A stretch of DNA of 64,000 nt. It comes from an uncultured Acidobacteriota bacterium. GTDB taxonomy: Bacteria > Acidobacteriota > Terriglobia > Bryobacterales > Bryobacteraceae. The position numbers and the translations under genes were made by a program. Shown piece by piece: positions 38,862 to 47,272 of this stretch; position 1 is the stretch's first letter; each line of letters begins with the position of its first letter. The notes below the pieces were generated by a model that searched no databases, was not told where the DNA came from, and saw only the letters and a program-made list of their open reading frames with translations. The DNA is taken from NCBI GenBank assembly GCA_963832965.1, contig CAWHVW010000002.1, positions 623,073 to 687,072 of the forward strand, given 5' to 3'.

Positions 38862-41800
38862 ATGAAGAATTCAGGAACCTTGGACGGATTGAGCGGTTCG
38901 GAGATCGCGGTGATCGGCATGGCCGGCCGCTTCGCCGGCGCGCCGGACGTCGAAACGTTCTGGACAAATCTGCGGGATGGCGTGGACTCCGTCAGCTTTT
39001 TCACCGACGAGCAGTTGCTCGCCGCGGGCGTCGATCCCGAAGCGCTGCGGAATCCCCGTTACGTCAAAGCCGGTTTCGTGCTCGATGGCATTGACTTGTT
39101 CGACGCCGCCTTCTTCGGATTCAGCCCGAGAGGCGCCGCGGCGATGGACCCGCAACATCGTCTGTTCCTCGAGTGCGTGTGGGAGGCCATCGAAACGGCC
39201 GGGTACGACGCCGAGAGTTACAAGGGCGCCATCAGCGTGTTTGCCGGATCGAGCATGAGCAGTTATCTGTTCAACAACCTCTATGCCAACCCCGAGGCAT
39301 TTGAGCTCGCCGGCATGTATCAGAGCTTTCTTTCCAACAGTCAGGATTCTCTGGCCACGCTCATCGCCTATAAGCTGAATCTGAAAGGCGCCTGCTACAC
39401 CGTTGGGACCTTCTGCTCCACGTCCCTGGTCGCCGTCCACCTGGCATCCCAAAGCCTGCTGAACTTCGAATGCGACATGGCCGTGGCCGGGGGCGTCAGG
39501 GTCGCGGTGCCGCAGAATACCGGCTACTGGTATCAGGATGGTGGCATCGTTTCTCCCGACGGGCATTGCCGGCCGTTTGACGCCAGCGCGCAGGGAGCGG
39601 TCTTCGGCAACGGCGTTGGGGCGGTAGTGCTGAAAAGGCTGAAGGATGCTTTAGCCGATGGCGATTCCATTCAGGCGGTGATCCTCGGCTCCGCCACCAA
39701 CAACGACGGTTCGCTCAAGGTGAGTTACACGGCGCCCAGCGTCGTCGGCCAGTCCGAGGTCATCGTCGAAGCGCTGTCCAACGCCGAGATCCCTCCGGAT
39801 ACCATCAGCTACGTGGAAACCCATGGCACGGGAACCGCCCTGGGGGATCCCACGGAAGTGTCCGCGCTGACGCGCGCGTTTCGCAGCGGGACGCAGAAGA
39901 AAGGTATCTGTGCGATTGGTTCGTTGAAGGCCAACATCGGACACGTGGACGCGGCGGCCGGCGTGGCCGGTCTGATCAAGACCGTGCTCGCGCTCAAGCA
40001 CCAGCAGATTCCTCCCAGCCTGAATTTCCATCAGCCAAACACCAACATCGATTTTGACAACAGCCCGTTCTACGTCAACTCGAAACTTTCCGAATGGAAA
40101 AGCGATGGCCGTCCCCGCCGCGCCGGGGTGAGCTCATTTGGCATCGGAGGCACCAACGCCCATGTAATCCTCCAGGAGGCCCCTCAGGGGGAACCCTCCG
40201 GTCCATCCCGGCCACACCAGCTCCTGGTTCTGTCCGCCAAAACGAATTCCGCCCTGGATGCGGCCACCCGGAATCTGGCTGCGTTTCTGAAGGGCCATCC
40301 GGATCTGAACCTCGCCGATGCCGCCTTTACGCTGCAGACGGGCCGGCGCGCCTTTAACCATCGCCGGGCCATCGTTTGCCACGATGTTGAAGATGCCGTC
40401 TCCGTGCTCGAATCGGCGGATTCCAAACGCATGCCCTCGGCCAACCAGGACAAGAGGAATCCCGGCGTCACCTTCATGTTCTCCGGACAGGGGGCCCAGT
40501 ATGTTGGCATGGGGTCGGAGCTGTATCGAACCGAGCCGGCGTTTCGCGAGGAAGTCGATCGCTGCTCGGAAATACTGAAATCGCATCTCTCGCTCGATAT
40601 CAGGGACGTCCTCTATCCCGATGACGCGGACGCCGAAGAGACCGCTCAAAGGCTGAATCAAACATCCTTGACCCAGCCGGCGTTATTCGTCGTCGAATAC
40701 GCGCTGGCAAAACTGTGGATGTCATGGGGCGTGGTTCCCGCCGATATGGTGGGCCACAGCATCGGAGAATATGTTGCCGCCTGCCTGGCGGGCGTGTTCT
40801 CCCTGGAAGACGCGCTCGCCCTGGTTGCCGCCAGGGGGCGGTTGATGCAAAGCCTCCCCGGTGGCAGCATGCTGGCGGTGCGCCTTGCGGAAACGGCGGT
40901 TCGGCCCTTCCTGGAAGATCACGAACTGTCTCTGGCAGCCATCAACAGTCCTTCTTTGTGCGCCGTGTCGGGGGCGGGAAAAGCGGTCGAAGATTTCCGG
41001 GAGCGTCTGTCCGAAAAGAACGTGGATTGCCGCCGCCTGCAAACTTCCCACGCGTTCCATTCCAGCATGATGGATCCGGTCATCGGCGCATTCACCGATG
41101 AGGTCAGGCGGACCAGAAGGAACCCTCCCCGAATCCCCTTCGTCTCGAATGTGACGGGAACATGGATCACCGCGGACGAAGCGACGGCGCCTGATTATTG
41201 GGCGAAGCACCTTCGCCATACCGTCCGATTCTCCGACGGAGTTCGCGAGTTGTTGAAAGAGCCCCACAGAGTTTTTCTGGAGGTCGGCCCCGGCAACACC
41301 CTCAGCACCCTGACCAAACAACATCTGAACGGCTCGGATCACACCACCGTACTTTCCTCCATCCGCCACCCGCACGAGCAGGAATCGGATGGCGCCTTCA
41401 TATTGAACACGCTCGGCCGGCTCTGGTTGTCCGGCGTGGACGTGGATTGGTCCGGGTTTCACAAGAAGGAGAAACGCCATCGCGTGCTGGTGCCCACATA
41501 TCCATTTGAGCGGAGGCGGTATTGGATCGATCCGGTGGAACCGGTGCGAGGTTATTTCGCCGCCCGCGTGGGCCTGGGCCGGAAGCAGGACAGTCTGCCT
41601 CGCCCCGCTGGCGCGCAGATCGTTGAGGAGGAACTCGCTCCCAGGGACGCAGAGCTGCAAAGCGACTACGTGGCCCCGCAAGCCGGTGCCGAAGAAACGC
41701 TCGCGGGAGTGTGGCGAAAAGTACTCGGCATCGACAAAATCGGCGTGCACGACAATTATTTCGACCTGGGCGGCGATTCCGTGCTGGCGGTTCATTTGTT

Positions 41801-42782
41801 TGCCGAGATCGAGAAGGCATTCCAAACCAAACTGCCCCTCGCCACGCTTTTCGAGGCCCCCACGATCAGTGCGATCGCCCGGATTCTCCGTCGTGAAGCT
41901 CCCGCATCCGGCTGGTCGCCGCTGGTGGCAATTCAGCCGGCCGGCTCCCGCCCTCCCTTCTTTTGCATTCACGGGGCCGGAGGAGGAGTGCTCCTCTATC
42001 GGGACCTTTCGCGGCGCCTCGGTTCCGATCAGCCGTTTTACGGTCTGCAGGCTCAGGGGCAGGATGGCAGTTGCTCCCCGCTCACCAGCATTGAGGACAT
42101 GGCTGCTCTTTACGTGAAGGAAATCCAAAGGGTGCGGCCGCACGGACCGTATTTCCTCGGCGGCTACTGTGCGGGCGGAACCATTGCCTATGAGGTCGCG
42201 CAGCGGCTTCAGGCGGCGGGAGAAGAGGTTGGCCTGCTGGCCATGTTCGATACGTCGAACTGGTGCAAAGTGCCTCGTCTCTCGGCCGGAAGCAAAGGCT
42301 ATCACTTCCTGCAGAAACTGTGGTTTCATGGCGCCAATTTCCTGGCTCTTGATTCGGAAGGAAAGGGCAGGTTCCTTCTGGAGAAGGCCAGAGAACTGCG
42401 CAGCCGGATGCCCATGTGGCGGGCGATGCTGCTGGCGAAGTTCGGCGGGCGCTCGGGCGCCGTCACCTCCGAATCCCGCGTGTTGGGGGAGATCTGGCAG
42501 GCCAATGACCGGGCCTGCGCAAATTATGTTCCCCAACCGTATCCCGGCACGGTCACGGACTTTCGCCCGAGGACGCAGTACCGTGCCCTCAGCAGGCCAG
42601 ACGTGAAATGGGATCAGTTGGCGAAGGGCGGCCAGGACATTGTTGTCCTGCCTGTCTATCCCGCCGGCATGCTGGTGGAGCCCTTCGTCGCGGACCTTGC
42701 CGGCGCTCTCCGAGCGACCATCGACCGGTCTCTTCACAACACACGAATCGCAAATACCGCGGGCCGCAACAACGTCCCGTAA
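38862..42782 (+). CDS. Type I PKS module: KS-AT(malonyl)-ACP-TE (TE with Cys at the nucleophile position)
   Basis: 1306 aa. KS TFCSTSL (Cys 39414..39416), ETHGTGT, NIGHVD. AT FSGQGAQY, GHSIGEY (Ser 40758..40760), HAFHS. ACP LGGDSVL (Ser 41778..41780). TE FFCIHGAGGG, LGGYCAGG (TGT 42168..42170). Confidence 0.9.
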   Translation: MKNSGTLDGLSGSEIAVIGMAGRFAGAPDVETFWTNLRDGVDSVSFFTDEQLLAAGVDPEALRNPRYVKAGFVLDGIDLFDAAFFGFSPRGAAAMDPQHRLFLECVWEAIETAGYDAESYKGAISVFAGSSMSSYLFNNLYANPEAFELAGMYQSFLSNSQDSLATLIAYKLNLKGACYTVGTFCSTSLVAVHLASQSLLNFECDMAVAGGVRVAVPQNTGYWYQDGGIVSPDGHCRPFDASAQGAVFGNGVGAVVLKRLKDALADGDSIQAVILGSATNNDGSLKVSYTAPSVVGQSEVIVEALSNAEIPPDTISYVETHGTGTALGDPTEVSALTRAFRSGTQKKGICAIGSLKANIGHVDAAAGVAGLIKTVLALKHQQIPPSLNFHQPNTNIDFDNSPFYVNSKLSEWKSDGRPRRAGVSSFGIGGTNAHVILQEAPQGEPSGPSRPHQLLVLSAKTNSALDAATRNLAAFLKGHPDLNLADAAFTLQTGRRAFNHRRAIVCHDVEDAVSVLESADSKRMPSANQDKRNPGVTFMFSGQGAQYVGMGSELYRTEPAFREEVDRCSEILKSHLSLDIRDVLYPDDADAEETAQRLNQTSLTQPALFVVEYALAKLWMSWGVVPADMVGHSIGEYVAACLAGVFSLEDALALVAARGRLMQSLPGGSMLAVRLAETAVRPFLEDHELSLAAINSPSLCAVSGAGKAVEDFRERLSEKNVDCRRLQTSHAFHSSMMDPVIGAFTDEVRRTRRNPPRIPFVSNVTGTWITADEATAPDYWAKHLRHTVRFSDGVRELLKEPHRVFLEVGPGNTLSTLTKQHLNGSDHTTVLSSIRHPHEQESDGAFILNTLGRLWLSGVDVDWSGFHKKEKRHRVLVPTYPFERRRYWIDPVEPVRGYFAARVGLGRKQDSLPRPAGAQIVEEELAPRDAELQSDYVAPQAGAEETLAGVWRKVLGIDKIGVHDNYFDLGGDSVLAVHLFAEIEKAFQTKLPLATLFEAPTISAIARILRREAPASGWSPLVAIQPAGSRPPFFCIHGAGGGVLLYRDLSRRLGSDQPFYGLQAQGQDGSCSPLTSIEDMAALYVKEIQRVRPHGPYFLGGYCAGGTIAYEVAQRLQAAGEEVGLLAMFDTSNWCKVPRLSAGSKGYHFLQKLWFHGANFLALDSEGKGRFLLEKARELRSRMPMWRAMLLAKFGGRSGAVTSESRVLGEIWQANDRACANYVPQPYPGTVTDFRPRTQYRALSRPDVKWDQLAKGGQDIVVLPVYPAGMLVEPFVADLAGALRATIDRSLHNTRIANTAGRNNVP

Positions 42783-42843
42783 CGAGTCATCAACCCTACC
42801 AGAGTGATGAAAACGACACAACCATGTATACACAGGTGAAAAT

Positions 42844-44001
42844 ATGAGCGACCGCATATATATTTTCGACACGACGTTGCGAGACGGGGAACAATCCCCC
42901 GGCTGCAGTATGAACGTCTCCGAAAAGCTGCTGATGGCCCACAAACTGGTGGAACTCGGCGTGGACATCCTGGAGGCCGGCTTCCCCATTGCATCGGAGG
43001 GTGATTTCGAATCCGTGCACGCGATCGGAAGCGAATTTCCGGACACGCCGGTGGCGGCCATGGCCCGTTGCTGCGCTCTCGATATCGAGCGCGCCGCTAA
43101 AGCGCTTTCCAGCGCGCGGCGGCCGCGCATTCACATTGTTCTCGGCACCAGCGACATTCACCTGAAATACAAGCTGAAGAAGACGCGGCCGCAGATACTC
43201 GTGGACGCCGTCGCGGGCGTGGAACTGGCGCGGCGTTACGTCGATGATGTCGAGTTCTGCACCGAGGACGGCTCCCGCACCGAACCCGCCTTCCTGGAAG
43301 AGATCTCCAGAGCGGCGGTGCAGGCGGGCGCCCGCACCGTGAACATCGCGGATACCGTGGGCTACTCCGCGCCGCCCGAATATGGAGCGCTCATCGCGAG
43401 GGTGGTTGGAGCGATCGGCGATTCCGCCGTTGTCAGCGCGCATTGCCATAACGATCTGGGACTGGCCGTGGCCAACTCCATCGCGGCCGTGCAAGCGGGC
43501 GCGCGCCAGGTGGAATGCACCGTGAACGGTATCGGCGAACGCGCGGGCAACTGCGCGCTGGAAGAAATCGTCATGGTTCTTAAGAGCCGCGCCGATCTCT
43601 TCCCGTTCCACACCGCGGTGAACACCGAGCACCTCTATTCCGCCAGCCAGTTGCTCAGCTCGCTGATTACCTTCGGCCCGCAGCCGAACAAGGCCATCGT
43701 GGGCCGCAACGCCTTCGCGCATGAGGCGGGAATCCATCAGGACGGCTACCTGAAGGAGCGGTCCACCTACGAAATTATCGACCCTCGCTCGGTCGGCGTG
43801 CTCGAAGGGAAACTGGTGCTGGGCAAGCACAGCGGCCGTCACGCCATCGCCGAGCGCTGCAAGAGCCTGGGCCACAACCTGAACAGGCAGGAACTGGACC
43901 AGCTTTATCTTCGCTTCATGGCGGTCGCCGACCAGCGGAAAAACGGTCTCATGGACGAAGAAATCCTGGCCCTGATCCGCGAAGGTCAGAAGGCCGCCTA
44001 G
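42844..44001 (+). CDS. 2-isopropylmalate/homocitrate/citramalate synthase-family aldolase (HMGL-like), short form without the LeuA C-terminal regulatory domain
   Basis: 385 aa. IFDTTLRDGEQSPG, HCHNDLGLAVANS, GIGERAGN. It ends about 120 aa earlier than canonical LeuA. Confidence 0.75.
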   Translation: MSDRIYIFDTTLRDGEQSPGCSMNVSEKLLMAHKLVELGVDILEAGFPIASEGDFESVHAIGSEFPDTPVAAMARCCALDIERAAKALSSARRPRIHIVLGTSDIHLKYKLKKTRPQILVDAVAGVELARRYVDDVEFCTEDGSRTEPAFLEEISRAAVQAGARTVNIADTVGYSAPPEYGALIARVVGAIGDSAVVSAHCHNDLGLAVANSIAAVQAGARQVECTVNGIGERAGNCALEEIVMVLKSRADLFPFHTAVNTEHLYSASQLLSSLITFGPQPNKAIVGRNAFAHEAGIHQDGYLKERSTYEIIDPRSVGVLEGKLVLGKHSGRHAIAERCKSLGHNLNRQELDQLYLRFMAVADQRKNGLMDEEILALIREGQKAA

Positions 44002-44010
44002 GCTCGGATT

Positions 44011-44039
44011 ACGGAACCGCGACGGTGACGGAGCGGGGA
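44011..44039 (+). repeat. Copy 1 (3' core only) of a dispersed intergenic repeat
   Basis: ACGGAACCGCGACGGTGACGGAGCGGGGA. The same core occurs at 46706..46735 and 48893..48922. Confidence 0.8.
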
Positions 44040-44052
44040 GTTTCCGGTTGTG

Positions 44053-44071
44053 CGCGGGGCCGTGCCCCGCG
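44053..44071 (+). terminator. GC-rich hairpin after the aldolase gene
   Basis: CGCGGGG-ccgtg-CCCCGCG, 7-bp perfect stem, no T-tract. Confidence 0.35.
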
Positions 44072-44110
44072 AGCGGCGTCTCACATCATCCACTTTGAAC
44101 AGGTCTGAAT

Positions 44111-45469
44111 ATGAACACAATTTGTCTTTCTGAAGATACGCAAAGAGAAGTAGGATCGAGCCACCTTGAGCAACTGCGGCGAAAGATCGAAACGCGGCAG
44201 GCTCGGGTGGGCGTCGTCGGCCTGGGCTATGTAGGCCTTCCCCTCGCCGTCGAGCTGGCCCATGCCGGATTCTGTGTGACCGGCATCGACATCGATTCCG
44301 CCAAGGTCGCCGCCGTCAATGGAGCCAGGTCCTACGTGCAGGACGTGCCTACTTCGGTGTTGGCGCCGCTCGTTAACGCGGGCAAGATACGGGCCACCAG
44401 CGACTTCGCGGCGATCGCCGAACTGGACACGGTAAACATCGCCGTGCCCACGCCGCTGCGCAAGACCAAAGACCCGGACATGAGCTACATCGTCAATGCG
44501 TGCCAGGAGATCGCCAGCCACTTTCATCCGGGCATGCTGGTAATACTGGAATCGACAACCTATCCGGGCACCACCGATGAGCTGATGCTGCCAATGTTCG
44601 AGCGGCCGGACCTGCGGGTCGGCGAGCACTTCTTTATGTGTTTTTCCCCGGAGCGCGTCGATCCCGGCAACCCGAACTTCCAGACCAGGAACATACCCAA
44701 AGTGGTCGGCGGAATCACACCGGCTTGCACCGAAATCGGAGCGTTGTTCTATAGACAGGCCCTCGAGACAGTTGTCCCGGTCAGCTCCACGCGCGTGGCC
44801 GAGATGGTGAAGCTGCTCGAAAATACCTTCCGCATGATCAACATCGGCCTCGCCAATGAGATTGCCATGATGTGCGACCGTATCGGGGTGAATGTGTGGG
44901 AGGTCATCGATGCCGCCGCCACCAAGCCGTTCGGTTTCATGCCGTTCTATCCCGGTCCGGGGCTGGGCGGTCACTGCATCCCCATCGATCCGTTCTATTT
45001 GTCCTGGAAAACCAAGCAGGCGGGTATTGAGGCCCGGTTCATTGAACTGGCCGGTTACATCAACGGCCAGATGCCGCACTTCGTCGTGGACAAAATCCAG
45101 AACGCGCTCAACGATCATTCGAAGCCGCTCAAGGGCTCCCGTGTCCACCTGCTGGGCGTCGCGTACAAGCGCGACATCGACGATGTGCGCGAATCCCCGG
45201 CCCTCGACATCATCCATCTTCTCGCGAAGCGCGGGGCCGTCGTGAGTTACAGCGATCCATTTGTGTCCAGATTGCGGGGCGAGGGATTGCTGCCTTCCGA
45301 TCTGGAGGCCATCGACCCGGCGAAGGGGTCCGCCGAGGCGGATTGCGCGGTCATCGTCACCGATCACAAGAAATTCGACTATCCGAAGATCGTCGAATGT
45401 GCGCGGCTGATCGTCGATACGCGCAATGCGCTCAAGGGATTCACCTCCGGGAAGATTGTACGCCTCTAG
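44111..45469 (+). CDS. Nucleotide-sugar 6-dehydrogenase (UDP-GlcNAc/UDP-ManNAc dehydrogenase, WbpA/WecC-like)
   Basis: 452 aa. [18 protein letters not shown] (NAD fold), ...[10 protein letters not shown]..., GGHCIPIDP (catalytic Cys). Confidence 0.85.
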   Translation: MNTICLSEDTQREVGSSHLEQLRRKIETRQARVGVVGLGYVGLPLAVELAHAGFCVTGIDIDSAKVAAVNGARSYVQDVPTSVLAPLVNAGKIRATSDFAAIAELDTVNIAVPTPLRKTKDPDMSYIVNACQEIASHFHPGMLVILESTTYPGTTDELMLPMFERPDLRVGEHFFMCFSPERVDPGNPNFQTRNIPKVVGGITPACTEIGALFYRQALETVVPVSSTRVAEMVKLLENTFRMINIGLANEIAMMCDRIGVNVWEVIDAAATKPFGFMPFYPGPGLGGHCIPIDPFYLSWKTKQAGIEARFIELAGYINGQMPHFVVDKIQNALNDHSKPLKGSRVHLLGVAYKRDIDDVRESPALDIIHLLAKRGAVVSYSDPFVSRLRGEGLLPSDLEAIDPAKGSAEADCAVIVTDHKKFDYPKIVECARLIVDTRNALKGFTSGKIVRL

Positions 45470-46554
45470 TGTCCTGTCTCCGAAGTCCGCTGACAAAAGC
45501 GTGCAACCGACGTCAGGATTTCATCGGCCGTCTTCGTCCAGACAAAGGGCCGGGGCGATTCGTTGGTGAGCGATAAATATCTTTTGATGGCCGCTTCCAA
45601 CTCGCGAATGCTGCGGTGAACGCCACGGCGAAGCTGTTTCTCAGTAAGAGCGGCGAACCACCGTTCGACCAGATTGATCCAGGAGGCGCTGGTCGGCGTG
45701 AAGTGCACGTGGAAACGGGGACGTTTGGCCAGCCATGCGCGGATGGCCGCGGTTTTGTGAGTGCCGTAGTTGTCCAGAATCAAATGGACGTCCAGCGACG
45801 CGGGCACTGCCTGCTCGATGGTGTCGAGAAACTTGCGGAATTCCACACTGCGGTGCCGGCGATGGCAGGCGCCGATCACCGTTCCAGTCTGCACATCGAG
45901 CGCGGCAAACAGGGACGTGGTGCCGTGGCGCTTGTAATCGTGACTGCGGCGCTCGGCCTGTCCGGGACGCATCGGCAACAGCGGTTGCGTCCGGTCCAGC
46001 GCCTGAATCTGCGACTTCTCATCGACGCACAGGACCAGTGCGCGGTCCGGAGGATTCATGTACAGTCCAACGATGTCGCGAACCTTATCAATGAACAGCG
46101 GGTCTTTGGAAAGTTTGAACGTCTCGCTGCGATGCGGTTGCAGGGCGAACGCTCGCCAGATGCGGCTGACGGTGCTTCGGCTGAGTCCGCACTGCTTCGC
46201 CAGCGAGCGCGTACTCCAATGCGTGGCGTCACGCGGCAGCGATTCCAGAGTCATGGCCAGCACTCGCTCCACCTCCGCGTCGCTGACCTTGCGCGGTGTC
46301 CCAGGACGAGGCTCATCGAGCAATCCATCGAGGCGCTTTTCGACAAAGCGCGCCCGCCACTTTCCGACCATCTGTTTAGTGACCCGAAACTGATCGGCCA
46401 CCTGGGTGTTGGTCTTGCCGCCGGCACAGGCCAGAATGATCTTCGCACGCAAGGCCAGCGCCTGAGCCGACTTTGGCCGCCGCGCCCACTCCAGCAGGGA
46501 CCGTCGCTCCTCCGGTGTGATCACCAACTCGGGAAGCGGGCGTCCAATTCGCAT
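45466..46554 (-). CDS. IS630-family DDE transposase
   Basis: 362 aa with N-terminal HTH ([23 protein letters not shown]) and DDE_3-like core ([14 protein letters not shown]...[11 protein letters not shown]...[15 protein letters not shown]). Confidence 0.9.
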   Translation of the reverse strand: MRIGRPLPELVITPEERRSLLEWARRPKSAQALALRAKIILACAGGKTNTQVADQFRVTKQMVGKWRARFVEKRLDGLLDEPRPGTPRKVSDAEVERVLAMTLESLPRDATHWSTRSLAKQCGLSRSTVSRIWRAFALQPHRSETFKLSKDPLFIDKVRDIVGLYMNPPDRALVLCVDEKSQIQALDRTQPLLPMRPGQAERRSHDYKRHGTTSLFAALDVQTGTVIGACHRRHRSVEFRKFLDTIEQAVPASLDVHLILDNYGTHKTAAIRAWLAKRPRFHVHFTPTSASWINLVERWFAALTEKQLRRGVHRSIRELEAAIKRYLSLTNESPRPFVWTKTADEILTSVARFCQRTSETGH

Positions 46555-46627
46555 CGCCGTACTCCTTTGTACATGAGATGCAAACCGACCGTCCTGTTAT
46601 TCAGCGGACTTCAGAGACAGGACACTA
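45467..46627 (-). mobile_element. IS630-family insertion sequence with 25-bp terminal inverted repeats and a TA target duplication
   Basis: Left end TA-GTGTCCTGTCTCCGAAGTCCGCTGA (45467..45493). Right end TCAGCGGACTTCAGAGACAGGACAC-TA (46601..46627). IRs match 24/25. One transposase ORF fills the element. Confidence 0.9.
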
Positions 46628-46628
46628 G

Positions 46629-46648
46629 CGGGCTGCTGAGAAAGCCCG
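46629..46648 (+). terminator. Hairpin that would directly follow the dehydrogenase stop if the IS were absent
   Basis: CGGGCT-gctgagaa-AGCCCG. It begins 2 nt after the right end of the IS. Confidence 0.35.
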
Positions 46649-46683
46649 AAAACCGCTTGTTTACACGCGCGGCTCGGAAACGC

Positions 46684-46735
46684 AGCTACGTGTTTGCAGG
46701 TGCTTACCGAACCGCGACGGTGACGGAGCGGGGAC
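46684..46735 (+). repeat. Copy 2 of the dispersed intergenic repeat (52-nt block)
   Basis: AGCTACGTGTTTGCAGGTGCTTACCGAACCGCGACGGTGACGGAGCGGGGAC. 51/52 identical to 48871..48922. Confidence 0.85.
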
Positions 46736-46780
46736 CAGATAGCCTTTTTCAGCATCCTGCTGGAAAGCAAAAGGAGCCCC

Positions 46781-47260
46781 ATGGGACGATGCTCGCTGCT
46801 TCTTCTTGTTACTCTGACGTGGCTGTTCTTCGCGTCAACGGCCAGTGCGCAGTGGCTGGCGGTGTCGTCGTCGGCGGGTTCGCGAGGCGATAGCGTTGCC
46901 GTTGAAATCTCTGTGGATACTTCCACGGGAACGGCGCCGGTTGCTCTGACCTGGGAGACGGTCTTTCCAGATGATCTTCTTCAGGTGGAAGGGAACGGTC
47001 CGGTTGCCGGCAGCGCGGCGCGGGAGTCGGGTAAGGTGCTCACTTGTTCTTCGCCCAAGCCCTACTCGTATGTTTGCATTCTGGTGGGAGGGCAGAAGCC
47101 AATCGGAAGCGGGCTCCTCGCAACGTTCCATTTCAAGATTCGGCGCAACGCTCACCGTGGGCCGGCCACGGTAAGGGCTCAACGAGGTGAGGCAGCCGCG
47201 GTAGACGCCTTGACAAAGCTGTCTCTTGCGGATGCCGAGGGAACTATTACGATCCGCTAA
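46781..47260 (+). CDS. Small secreted cohesin-like domain protein
   Basis: 159 aa. Signal peptide LLLLVTLTWLFFASTASA. Then GSRGDSVAVEISVDTSTGTAPVALTWETVFPDDLLQVEGNGPVAG...GKVLTCSS...YVCILVGG...IGSGLLATFHFKI. The pattern is shared with the N-terminal domains of 55097..56716 and 57230..58888. Confidence 0.5.
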   Translation: MGRCSLLLLVTLTWLFFASTASAQWLAVSSSAGSRGDSVAVEISVDTSTGTAPVALTWETVFPDDLLQVEGNGPVAGSAARESGKVLTCSSPKPYSYVCILVGGQKPIGSGLLATFHFKIRRNAHRGPATVRAQRGEAAAVDALTKLSLADAEGTITIR

Positions 47261-47272
47261 TTCGAAACTGGA

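Noticed and set aside
40722-43130. Very long antisense ORFs opposite real genes. Examples: 40722..43130 (-, 802 aa), 32607..34379 (-, 590 aa), 22463..24070 (-, 535 aa), 44081..45496 (-, 471 aa), 29388..30755 (-, 455 aa), 45616..46893 (+, 425 aa), 16671..17855 (-, 394 aa) and 57204..58388 (+, 394 aa).
   Set aside because: These are typical shadow ORFs of high-GC DNA. Their translations are Arg/Gly/Pro/Ala-rich low-complexity sequence with no recognisable motifs, while the opposite strand encodes motif-rich proteins over the same coordinates.
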